NCBI GenBank assembly: GCA_965247675.1 | Contig: OZ252025.1 | Span: 2,525,153-2,589,152, forward strand | Length of the DNA stretch: 64,000 nucleotides | Source of the DNA: Tepidiformaceae bacterium | Lineage (GTDB): Bacteria > Chloroflexota > Dehalococcoidia > Tepidiformales > Tepidiformaceae | Reading direction: 5' to 3' | In this document: positions 25,085 through 34,044 of the stretch, in pieces | Position numbering within the stretch: the first letter of the stretch is position 1 | How the letters are laid out: each line of letters begins with the position of its first letter | Notes under the pieces: model-generated | The model's input: only the letters and a program-made list of their open reading frames with translations | The model's database searches: none | What the model was told of the DNA's origin: nothing | Translations under genes and position numbers: made by a program

Positions 25085-27628
25085 CTACTCCGCCCCGTCC
25101 TCGAAGGTGATCTTCCAGATCACGTTGTCGCCAATATCCGTGACGAGCAGGGCGCCGGCGGCGGTAGCGACGATGCCCTGCGGCTTGCCCAACCCCTCGG
25201 CAACAACCGAGAGGACCCCGTCGCGAGTGACCCGAACAACCCTGCCATAGTCCTGGTCGGCGACGAAGAGGGCGCCATCGTGGCCGACCGCTATTCCGGC
25301 GATAGAGGGCGAGAGCGCGCCACCGTAAGGGTTTCGGGGGGTCCTGAGCACGGTTGAGACGAACCCGTTGCCATCAATAGCGCGGATGGGGTTCCAGCGC
25401 TCAGTGAAGAAGATGTTGCCTTCGCCGTCGACAGCGATACCCTCGGGAGAGAAGAACAGCGCCCTGTCGCCCGGACCGTCCACACTCCCCACCCATGCCG
25501 GCCTTTTTTCGGGTGAAGGAACGAACCTTCCACCTGCGACTGTCGAGACTTCCCCATCGGGGGAGAGCAGGCGCACCAGGCTATTGCCTCGTTCGGCAAT
25601 CAACAGATTCCCTTCGTGGTCGAATGCCAGCGCGGCAGGATCGCGGAACCGCGCCTCGGCGGCCAGGCCATCCCGGTAACCACCCCATTGGCCCTCCGCT
25701 GCCAGGGATCCGCCTCCCGCGACCGTCGTGACCGCACAGTCCGGCCCGATCCGACGAATGCGATTCGCGCGTGAGTCAGCGAGGTAGATAGAGCCGTCCT
25801 CGGCGACGGCAACGCCCTGCGGCCGCGCGAACTGCGCCTCGTCGCACGGCCCGTCGCGAGAGCCCTCTCCCTGGCCGCCGGCAATCGTCGTGACGGTGCC
25901 GTCCGGGGCGATACGGCGGATGGCGTGGTTCCCCGAATCGGCGACGATGACGTTGCCGTCGGTGTCAAGCGCCATTGCCCATGGCTGGTCGAATAGCGCC
26001 TCGCGGGAAGGGCCGTCCCTGAACCTCGGCTCTCCCTCGACCTTGGGCCCGGCCTTGCCGGCGAAGATCGAGACAGTGACGCCCTGCATTCGTGGAATGC
26101 CGAGGTCTCCGGCCAACCGAAGGCCTGGCGTACCCAGCCTGTTTCGTCCCAGGGTTATGCGGCGAATGACGCCATTGCCTTCGTCGGCCACCACAAGAGA
26201 GCCATCGTCCATGATCGCGATCCCGCCCGGGCGGTCGAACGCAGCCCCGTCGAGCGGGCCGTCTGCGTACGCACGATCTCCCGTGCCCGCTACCGCGCGC
26301 AGCTCCCCATCACTCGTCAGCCTCACCAGTTGGTGGCGCCCGGTGTTGGCAATATAGATGACACCATCACTCGTGACGGCGAGCCCCCGTGGATGCCCGA
26401 GCGTTAGCCCCGAGACCTGGTCAGTTTCCCGAAAGAGGGTGGACACCAGGCCGTCGGCCGTGACAGTGCGCACGGCGATGCCAGGGCCGGCTAAAGAATC
26501 GGTCCCTTCGACGACGTAGATGGTGCCACTGGAGTCGATTGCGATGGCGAGGATCTCAAAGAACCGCGCCCGTCCCGCAGGACCGTCGCGATAGCCAAGA
26601 CGAGAACTGCCTGCAAAGGTCGAGACCCACCCCGCCGGAGAAACGCGCCTGATCCGCTGATAGTCCTCCGCGACATAGAGGTCCCCGTACTGGTCGATCA
26701 CGATGCCGTGAGGAAAGCTGAATCTCGCTTCCTCCGCGGGACCATCTCGAAAGTCCCCCCACGCGGCCGCGTCATTTGAGAGGCCGGCAATGGGGCCCCC
26801 GCCAGCTACGGTCGTAACCATCCCATCGGGCGCGATTTTGCGGATGCGATGGGCATCCCTGTCGGCCACGTAGATCGAGCCGTCGGGAGCAATGGCCACG
26901 TCCTCCGGGCCAGCGAATTGCGCAGTGGCAGCGGGTCCGTCGCGCACTCCCTCCCCATTGCCGCCCGCGATCGTCGTCACCGTGCCATCCGGCAGGATGC
27001 GCCGGATGGCATGGTTCTCGCTGTCCGCCACGACCACGCTCCCGTCGCGGTCGCCCTCGATCCCGAGGCCGAAGAAGGACCGACCGAAGAGGGCCTCCTC
27101 GCCCTGCCCATCCTCATACCCGCGCAAATCCGGATGCCCCGCGAGCGTGGTGACCCTGGCCTCCTGCAGGGGAACGCCGAGGCTGATGTCTCCGAAGCGC
27201 CACTGCCTGTCGAAGCTGAGGCCCTCATCCAGTGGTAGCCGCACGGTCCCGAGCGTGTCCCACTCGCCCAGCGAATCGCGCGCGCTGATGTAGATGTTCT
27301 GGTCGTCCCGTACGTCCTGCCAGACCCGCACCTCGACTATCAGCGGCGAGGACCGGTTCGGGAGCCTGATATCAACGGAGATGTCCCCATAGCGGTACCA
27401 GCCGCGGGGACTGAATCCATCGTCGAGCGCCAGGGGGATTCTCCCCAGCGTCTGCCACAAGCCGTCCGCCGGGCGGGCGCCGATGTGGATCTCGCGGCCG
27501 TCCTCCACGCTCTGCCAGACCCGCACCTCCACCCGTACCGTCGCCTCACCTTGCGCCGCACCCGTCGCCACAACCGCCAGGCCGAGCACCGCCGCCAACG
27601 CCACCGCCACCAAGGTCAATCTGCGCAT
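25085..27628 (-). CDS. Secreted NHL-repeat beta-propeller protein, paralog 1
   Basis: Signal peptide MRRLTLVAVALAAVLGLAVVATGAAQG. Two copies of a ~58-aa module (VRVEVRVWQ...YRYGDISVD). More than 12 NHL-type repeats (HAIRRI.PDGTVTTIAGG..G.RDGP...AQF..P.GVA...DGS.YVAD). Confidence 0.85.
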   Translation of the reverse strand: MRRLTLVAVALAAVLGLAVVATGAAQGEATVRVEVRVWQSVEDGREIHIGARPADGLWQTLGRIPLALDDGFSPRGWYRYGDISVDIRLPNRSSPLIVEVRVWQDVRDDQNIYISARDSLGEWDTLGTVRLPLDEGLSFDRQWRFGDISLGVPLQEARVTTLAGHPDLRGYEDGQGEEALFGRSFFGLGIEGDRDGSVVVADSENHAIRRILPDGTVTTIAGGNGEGVRDGPAATAQFAGPEDVAIAPDGSIYVADRDAHRIRKIAPDGMVTTVAGGGPIAGLSNDAAAWGDFRDGPAEEARFSFPHGIVIDQYGDLYVAEDYQRIRRVSPAGWVSTFAGSSRLGYRDGPAGRARFFEILAIAIDSSGTIYVVEGTDSLAGPGIAVRTVTADGLVSTLFRETDQVSGLTLGHPRGLAVTSDGVIYIANTGRHQLVRLTSDGELRAVAGTGDRAYADGPLDGAAFDRPGGIAIMDDGSLVVADEGNGVIRRITLGRNRLGTPGLRLAGDLGIPRMQGVTVSIFAGKAGPKVEGEPRFRDGPSREALFDQPWAMALDTDGNVIVADSGNHAIRRIAPDGTVTTIAGGQGEGSRDGPCDEAQFARPQGVAVAEDGSIYLADSRANRIRRIGPDCAVTTVAGGGSLAAEGQWGGYRDGLAAEARFRDPAALAFDHEGNLLIAERGNSLVRLLSPDGEVSTVAGGRFVPSPEKRPAWVGSVDGPGDRALFFSPEGIAVDGEGNIFFTERWNPIRAIDGNGFVSTVLRTPRNPYGGALSPSIAGIAVGHDGALFVADQDYGRVVRVTRDGVLSVVAEGLGKPQGIVATAAGALLVTDIGDNVIWKITFEDGAE

Positions 27629-27654
27629 TGGGGCCCGCCACTCACCACGCCGCG

Positions 27655-27684
27655 ACCTTAACAGACGGAAAGTCGAATTACCCC
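27655..27684 (-). promoter_or_regulatory. Bipartite upstream motif copy 1 (GGGGTAATTC, 14 nt, TAAGGT)
   Basis: On the minus strand, TAATTC is the reverse complement of 27675-27680 and TAAGGT of 27655-27660. It lies upstream of paralog 1 (ATG 27628). Confidence 0.45.
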
Positions 27685-27759
27685 ACCCGCCTCAGGCGAC
27701 CGGTCATGTGTCGCTGGCGCCCCCGACGACGGCGGTTCGAAGGCCCGCTAGGCCAGGTG

Positions 27760-30103
27760 CTACTCGAATGTGATCTTCCAGATCGCGTCGATGGTAGAGA
27801 CGAGCAGGCTGCCGTCGGGCGTGACGAGAATCCCCGTTGACTGCTCGTTTCGGTCCGGGGAGTACACGCTGTGCTCGACCACGATCGCGACGGCGCCATC
27901 CGGCGATATCCTCACGACGTGGCCGTACCCCGTGTCGACGACGTAGAGCGTCCCGTCGGGCGCGACGGCGATGCCCCCGATGGAAAGCGTTAGAACCCCG
28001 CCGTGGTGTTCCTGGCGGTCCTGAAAAGCCGTCGAGACATCTCCATCTGGCGTGACCTTCACGATGATGGCTCTCCCCTGCCGCCACGTCATGAGGTAGG
28101 CGTCACCCCCTTCGCCCACGGCAATCGCTTGAATGAACTCGAGTCCTGCTGCGAGGAGGGTCCAGGTCTCTCCGTCAGCGGACACCCGGTAGAGGCGGCC
28201 GGGAAACGCCTCGGCGATGAGCAAGTTGCCGTCGTCATCGAAGGCCAATGCCTGGGGACGCCGAACCTCGAAGCCATCGGCGGGGTCGACCGTCGTGACG
28301 GAACCATCGGGTGAGACCTTGCGGATGCGGTCGTTACCGTAATCCGCGACATAGAGGGAGCCATCGGCGTGGACGGCAATCCCCCTGGGCCGCTTGAACT
28401 GCGCTTCGTCGCCTGGGCCGTCACGGAATCCAGCCCCGTTGGCCCCGGCCAGGGTCGTCACCGTGCCATCCGGCGAGACGCGACGGACAGAGTTGTATTG
28501 AGCGTCCGCGACTACCACATTGCCAGTTGAATCCAACGCGATGAGCTCCGGCGTGAAGGGCAAGTCCCGGGCGAAGATGCTGGCGCGCACGCCCTCCACC
28601 CGGGGCACCGGCTCCCCGCCCGCAAGCGCGATGTCGGTGGAGTCGGAGCCGCCTGGGTCGGGAGCAATCACGCGGAGCAGACTCTCTGCCTGATCGGTCA
28701 CCACGAGGGAACCATCGGGCAGCACGGCAAGCGAGCCTGGCAGGCTCAGGGCGGCCGCGCCCCTGGGGCCATCTACATACCCATCCTCCCCGGCCGGCTA
28801 CTGCCTCCAGCGTGCCGTCGGCAGTGAGCCTGACTATCTGGTGCCGGCCCGTATTCGAGATGAGGATCTCGCCGTCATTTGTCACGGCCAGCCCCGCAGG
28901 CCCGGCCAACACGCCCCCGGAAAAGGGCGACTCGCTCCGGAAGAGCGTGGTGACCACGCCATTCGTGTCGACCTTGCGGATAGTGGCGAAGGAACCGACC
29001 TCACCCGGAACAAAGACCCAGTCGATCACGTAGACGGTACCCGCATCGTCCACCGCGAGGTCTTCCAGCCAGGTGAACTGGGCCTGCGCCCCCGGGCCGT
29101 CGCGATAGCCGCGCCCACCTCCGCCAGCGAGGTGCGTGACCCACCCCGATGACGAGATCCGTCTGATCTGGTACTGCTCCATAACGTAGAGGTCGCCCTC
29201 TGGGCTCAGCGCGGTCCCCCTGACACTCCTGAAATACGCCTCTTCCGCGGGCCCGTCGGGCGGGATTTCGAAGGGCGCGCCCTCGGGACCGCCCCCGGCG
29301 ACGACGCTGGTCACCCTTCCGTCTGACGAGAACTTGCGGATAAGGCCGCCGGCCCAGGCGGCGGCCACGTAGATGTTCCCCTCCGCATCCACAGCAACAT
29401 CGCTGGGCGGGGGCAGAGCGCTCCTGTTGCCGCCGGCGATGGTGCTCACCGCGCCATCCGGCGCGACGCGTCGAACTGCACCATGCGCCCGGTCTGCCAC
29501 GATCACGCTCCCGTCGGGCGCCGCGGCCAGCCCCAGGTCCCTGATAATTGACGCCCACTGCTGACCGAAGCGTGCTTCGGTCCCGGGTCCATCCGCGTAG
29601 CCCCACTCGCCCGCCCGGCCCGCGAGCGTGCTGACCGCCTCCGTGGGTAGCGGCGCCTCAAGCCTGACATCGCCGAAGCGGAGGGTACGGTCGGGGGTGA
29701 GGCCGTCGTCCAGCGGGAGGGAGATGGTCCCCAGCGTGTCCCACTCGCCCAGCGAACCGCGCGCGCTGATGTAGATGTTCTGGTCGTCCCGTACGTCCTG
29801 CCAGACCCACACCTCGACGGTCACCGGCGAGGACCGGTTCGGGAGCCCGAGGTCAACGGAGATGTCCCCATAGCGGTACCTGCCGCGGGGACTGAATCCA
29901 TCGTCGAGCGCCAGGGGGATTCTCCCCAGCGTCTGCCACAAGCCACCCGCCGGGCGGGCGCCGATGTGGATCTCGCGCCCGTCCTCCACGTTCTGCAAGA
30001 CGCGCACCTCGACCGTAACCGTTGGCTCGCTCTGGGCGCCGCTCGCCGGCGCCACAACCAGGCCCAGCAAAGCGGCCAGCGCCGCGAACGCCAGTCTCCT
30101 CAT
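27760..30103 (-). pseudogene. Secreted NHL-repeat beta-propeller protein, paralog 2, interrupted by one frameshift
   Basis: ORFs 28421..30142 and 27760..28725 are two halves of one gene. Homology switches frame at the C/G run near 28787-28792 (AVAGRG | EDGYVDGPRGAAALSLPGSLAVLPDGSLVVTD). ATG 30103 is preceded by a GGAAGGAAGG SD. Confidence 0.8.
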
Positions 30104-30128
30104 CCGCCTTCCTTCCTCATGCACGGCG

Positions 30129-30157
30129 ACCCTAGCAGACAACCCTCCGACTACCCC
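30129..30157 (-). promoter_or_regulatory. Bipartite upstream motif copy 2 (GGGGTAGTC, 14 nt, TAGGGT)
   Basis: TAGTC is the reverse complement of 30149-30153 (one base shorter than TAATTC). TAGGGT is the reverse complement of 30129-30134. Confidence 0.4.
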
Positions 30158-30229
30158 GTCCGTTCAGCGCTACGTGTCATCCTTCGTGACCGGCGCCTAC
30201 TACCAGGTCGCCCGCGGCTCCAGGCCCTG

Positions 30230-32806
30230 CTAGTCCCAGGTTGCGTCATCGACCGGCTGGGCCGGCTCATCCGCGACCGGCTCGTCCTCAGCCGGCTCAT
30301 CCCCGAACGTGATCTTCCAGATCACATTCGCGACGGTGTCGGAGACGATGAGGTCGCCGTTCGCAGCGACCAGGATCCCGTGGGGCTCGTACAGCCGCAC
30401 GGTCGAGGGCGGACCACCCGCGGGAGCGGCGCGGAGCGTACCGGGGGACGGCCTTCCAGCCACCACCAACACCTCCCCGTCCAGCGTGACCCTGAGCACG
30501 CGTCCGTAGTAGCTCTCCGTCACGTAGAGGGCGCCATCGGCGCCAAGGGCAATCCCGTCCGGAGCCGAGAGAATCCCGCCCACGCCGGGCAGGGGCCGCT
30601 CCAGGAGGGCTGAGACGTTGCCCTCGGCGTCGATCACGAAGAGGCCGTCTTTCTCAACGACGAAGACGTTGCCCTCGTCGTCGAGCGCGATCGCTTCTGG
30701 ATGCTCGAAGGGGTGGCCCTGTCCGCGCCCCTCGAACGTGGAGACCCGACCGTGCGGCGAGAGCAGCTTGATGCGGTGGGCCCCCCGGTCGACGATCAGG
30801 AGTCTCCCCTCACCGTCAAAGGCGAGCCCAACGGCCTTGGTGAATCCACGGGCGACGACGGTGGTGACGGTACACAGTGGGCTGATGAGGCGGATGCGGC
30901 GACCCCCCTCATCGGCGACCACGATGTCACCACCCGGTGCGACAGCGACGGCCTGAGGGCTCCAGAACTGCGCGCTCGCACATGATCCGTCGCGCGTCCC
31001 CGCCCCATTGCCGCCGGCCAGCGTCGTCACGGTGCCATCGGGGGCGATGCTGCGAATCGCGTGGTTCGCCGAGTCGGCGACCAGCACATTGCCCTCGCCA
31101 TCGAACGCCATGCCCCGGGGCTCGCCAAAGGCCGCCTTGTGCCCGGGCCCGTCCGCCAGTTCCGGGTCCCGTCCACCCCAACCTGCCAGGATCGTGACCT
31201 CGCCCACGCCGGCCAGGTAGGGAGGGGCAACTCCGCCCACCACAGCCAACTCGCCGCTGTCCGCATCGGGGGCAATGCGGCGGATGATGTGGTTGCCCTC
31301 ATCGGCCACCACGAGCGTTCCGTCATCAGCGATGGCGATCGAGGCCGGCTCGTTGAACAAAGCCTCGGCGGGGTCGCCCTCGATGTAGCCCCGCTCGCCC
31401 GTGCCCGCCACGGCCCGCAGCACGCCCTCGGGCGTGAGCGCCAGGATCTGGTGGTGGAACGTGTTTGCCAGGTAGACCGTGCCGTCGTTCCCAAGCGCAA
31501 GACCGCGGGGGTAGGCGAGCTCCCCACCAAGCCCCGGCCCCTCGCTCCGGAAGAGCGTCGACACGGTGCCTGCGGGGTCGATCACCCGAACGGCAAAGAA
31601 ACGGCCGCTGCCGATCTCACCGCTCTCGTCGAGCACGTAGACCTTTCCCGCGTCATCAACGTCGATTGCCCGCGGGTGAAAGAACTGGGCCTGCGCAGCC
31701 GGTCCGTCGCGATACCCGAATGCATCGGTTCCGGCGAAGGTCGAGACCCAGCCCGTCGGGGAGAGGCGCCGGATGCGCCTGTTCCACTCGGCGATGTAGA
31801 GGTTGCCGGCCTCATCGATGGCGAGAGCCCGGGGGAAGGAGAATTTCGCACTTGCCGCAGGACCATCAACAACGCTCCCCTGCGTGTGGGCCTGCAGGGG
31901 ACCGCCACCGGCCACGGTCGTGACCATCCCGTCCGGGGCGACCTTGCGGATGCGGTGCCCATCCGAGTCCGCGACGTAGATGGACCCGTCGCTGGCGATG
32001 GCCACGTCGGTCGGCCCGGCAAACTGCGCCGACGAGCCAGGCCCGTCACGAACGCCGCGCCCGTTGCCGCCGGCGATGGTCGTCACCGTCCCGTCGGCGG
32101 CGATCCGCCGGATAGCCCGGTTTGCTTGATCCGCCACCACGACACTTCCGTCGCTATCGAACTCCAGTCCGAGACCGAATGCCTTCCCGCCACGTTCGAA
32201 GAGCGCCTGGCTCCCCTCGCCGTCGCGGTAGCCCTGCACCCCCGGAATGCCCGCAAGCGTTGTCACGCCCACGTCGGGCAGCGGCACATCCAATGCGATG
32301 TCGCCGTAGCGGAACGTGTCGGTGTCATCGAATCCGTCGTCCAGCGGCAGGGACCTGGTCTCAAACGACGCCCACAGGCCCCTCGACCCGCGCGCACTGA
32401 TGTGGACGTTGCGGTCGTTCCGCACGTGCTGCCAGACGCGCACCTCGACGGTCACCGGCGAGGCCCAGTTCCAGAGCGGCACGTCGAGCGCGATGTCGCC
32501 GTAGCGGAACGTGTCGGTGGGGTCGAATCCATCGTCCAGCCGGAGCCGGCGCGTACCGAACGTTCGCCACAAGCCACCCTCCGGCCGGGCGCTGACGTGG
32601 ATGTTCTGGCCGTTTTCCACGTGCTGCCAGACGCGCACCTCCACCCGTACCGTGCCGGGGTCGTACTCCGCCGTCCCGGCGCCGCCCAACCCCACGAGCC
32701 CGAGCAGCGTGGCAATCGCCGCAGCGGCAACCGCTCGCGCGGGCCATCCCCAGATGGCCGTCCTCGCAGGGACGGGTCCGAAGCCTTTCGACCCTGGCAC
32801 GCGCAT
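30230..32806 (-). CDS. Secreted NHL-repeat beta-propeller protein, paralog 3
   Basis: Same architecture: twin VRVEVRVWQH...FRYGDIALDV modules followed by NHL repeats, with an acidic C-tail. ATG 32806 lies 6 nt after TACGGT. The ORF-track start at 32875 would include the promoter motif. Confidence 0.82.
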   Translation of the reverse strand: MRVPGSKGFGPVPARTAIWGWPARAVAAAAIATLLGLVGLGGAGTAEYDPGTVRVEVRVWQHVENGQNIHVSARPEGGLWRTFGTRRLRLDDGFDPTDTFRYGDIALDVPLWNWASPVTVEVRVWQHVRNDRNVHISARGSRGLWASFETRSLPLDDGFDDTDTFRYGDIALDVPLPDVGVTTLAGIPGVQGYRDGEGSQALFERGGKAFGLGLEFDSDGSVVVADQANRAIRRIAADGTVTTIAGGNGRGVRDGPGSSAQFAGPTDVAIASDGSIYVADSDGHRIRKVAPDGMVTTVAGGGPLQAHTQGSVVDGPAASAKFSFPRALAIDEAGNLYIAEWNRRIRRLSPTGWVSTFAGTDAFGYRDGPAAQAQFFHPRAIDVDDAGKVYVLDESGEIGSGRFFAVRVIDPAGTVSTLFRSEGPGLGGELAYPRGLALGNDGTVYLANTFHHQILALTPEGVLRAVAGTGERGYIEGDPAEALFNEPASIAIADDGTLVVADEGNHIIRRIAPDADSGELAVVGGVAPPYLAGVGEVTILAGWGGRDPELADGPGHKAAFGEPRGMAFDGEGNVLVADSANHAIRSIAPDGTVTTLAGGNGAGTRDGSCASAQFWSPQAVAVAPGGDIVVADEGGRRIRLISPLCTVTTVVARGFTKAVGLAFDGEGRLLIVDRGAHRIKLLSPHGRVSTFEGRGQGHPFEHPEAIALDDEGNVFVVEKDGLFVIDAEGNVSALLERPLPGVGGILSAPDGIALGADGALYVTESYYGRVLRVTLDGEVLVVAGRPSPGTLRAAPAGGPPSTVRLYEPHGILVAANGDLIVSDTVANVIWKITFGDEPAEDEPVADEPAQPVDDATWD

Positions 32807-32812
32807 CGCGCG

Positions 32813-32842
32813 ACCGTAACAGACAAGGCTCCGAATTACGCC
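32813..32842 (-). promoter_or_regulatory. Bipartite upstream motif copy 3 (GGCGTAATTC, 14 nt, TACGGT)
   Basis: TAATTC is the reverse complement of 32833-32838. TACGGT is the reverse complement of 32813-32818, 6 nt before ATG 32806. Confidence 0.45.
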
Positions 32843-32881
32843 ATACCGCCGCCCACGCCCGTCGCCATCTATCATGGGCGC

Positions 32882-33625
32882 GTGGCCATCGAGGAACCGC
32901 TGACGCCGCCTGCTCCCTCGCGCCGCCGGCTCGTCGCGCCCATGCTCGCCGTCGTCCTGGTGCTGGCGCTGCTCGTCGGGGGTGGGGCCGTCGCCTTCAT
33001 CGTTTCGCAGTCGGCCGGCAGCGACGCGCCCCCGGAGGCGGGGCCGTTCCTGACGCCCGCGGCCGCGCGCCCCGCCGCCATCTTCGACGTGCGCGAGGCG
33101 AACGGCCCCTCGCTCACGCTGCTGCCCGCCAACATCGAGGGAGAATCACTCACCGTCACGCTCGCCGCCGGAGTCGTGTTCGAGGCGCTTGTGCCCGGCC
33201 TGCCCTCGCGCATCGAGCCGGGGCAGTGGCTCACCTTCATCGGCGAGCGCGACCCCGTGCGCAACTTCGTCATCCGCCAGGTCATCGCCATCACCGAGCC
33301 GGGCGCCCCCCAGGCCGACGGCCTGGCGCGCTCGCCCGCGGGCTTCACCGGCGCCGAGCTCGTGAGCAACCCGGACCAGCGCCCCGTCCTCTGGGGCCGC
33401 GTCGTGTCCGTCACCCAGCAGACGAGCGAGGGCGGGGCCGAGATCACCCTCGCCGGACCGGACGGTCCCATCACGGTGCATATCTTCGCGGCCATGCCCC
33501 TCTTCTTCGTCGAGCCCTACGACGGCCCCATCATCGACGGCGACCGCATCGCCACGCGCGCACCCGCCGGCACCAGCCCCGCCAGCGCCGGGGTCGTGCT
33601 CGTCGCCCCCCAGGGCGCCCGCTAG
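32882..33625 (+). CDS. Hypothetical membrane-anchored protein
   Basis: C-terminal part of ORF 31061..33625. GTG 32882 lies 6 nt after TATCAT (32870-32875). One TM helix (LVAPMLAVVLVLALLVGGGAVAFIV). The TAG stop lies inside the CTAG at the MITE boundary. Confidence 0.55.
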   Translation: MAIEEPLTPPAPSRRRLVAPMLAVVLVLALLVGGGAVAFIVSQSAGSDAPPEAGPFLTPAAARPAAIFDVREANGPSLTLLPANIEGESLTVTLAAGVVFEALVPGLPSRIEPGQWLTFIGERDPVRNFVIRQVIAITEPGAPQADGLARSPAGFTGAELVSNPDQRPVLWGRVVSVTQQTSEGGAEITLAGPDGPITVHIFAAMPLFFVEPYDGPIIDGDRIATRAPAGTSPASAGVVLVAPQGAR

Positions 33626-33780
33626 CAGGGTGCTGATAAAGTCCGCAGCGGTCGTTTTGGGCTGATTTTGCGCCGTTCGCGAAATCGAAAAGGCCAATGT
33701 TTCTGGGCTCTACGAGAGACTGCCGGATGGTCAGTCAGGGCCTCAGGCCCAGGATCATGCATTTATCAGCACCCTGCTAG
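33622..33780. mobile_element. 159-bp MITE with the same terminal inverted repeats as the IS5-like copies
   Basis: CTAG+CAGGGTGCTGATAAA (33622-33640) and TTTATCAGCACCCTG+CTAG (33762-33780). There is no coding capacity, and the interior is AT-richer. Confidence 0.8.
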
Positions 33781-33973
33781 GGGGCAGGAGCTGGCGCCGC
33801 GGTCGGTGCGGGTGTCGGGCTGGGCGTGGACGTGGGCGACATTTCGGCGGTCGCCGTAGGGGCTGATGCGCCGGACCCGAGGCGGGAGGGATCATCTCGC
33901 CGCCGCACGCCGCCGCTGCGAGGGTGAGCAGGCAGGCGAACAGCACGAGAAAGGCACGGGCCCGACGCATCAT
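33781..33973 (-). pseudogene. 5' fragment of a paralog of the 34045..35349 lipoprotein, truncated by the MITE
   Basis: MMRRARAFLVLFACLLTLAAAACGGEMIPPASGPAH is nearly identical to the N-terminus of the next gene. The PT-linker is out of frame. The reading frame runs into the MITE inverted repeat. Confidence 0.75.
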
Positions 33974-33979
33974 GGCCAA

Positions 33980-34009
33980 ACCCTAGGGACGAAAACTCCG
34001 AATTACCCC
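33980..34009 (-). promoter_or_regulatory. Bipartite upstream motif copy 4 (GGGGTAATTC, 14 nt, TAGGGT)
   Basis: TAATTC is the reverse complement of 34000-34005. TAGGGT is the reverse complement of 33980-33985, 6 nt before ATG 33973. Confidence 0.45.
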
Positions 34010-34044
34010 GTCCGTTTCGAGGGAATTTCGGCCAATTTCCCGCC

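Noticed and set aside
33668-33859. ORF 33668..33859(+) inside and overlapping the MITE
   Set aside because: It starts within the non-coding MITE interior and runs antisense into the lipoprotein fragment. It has no coding signature.
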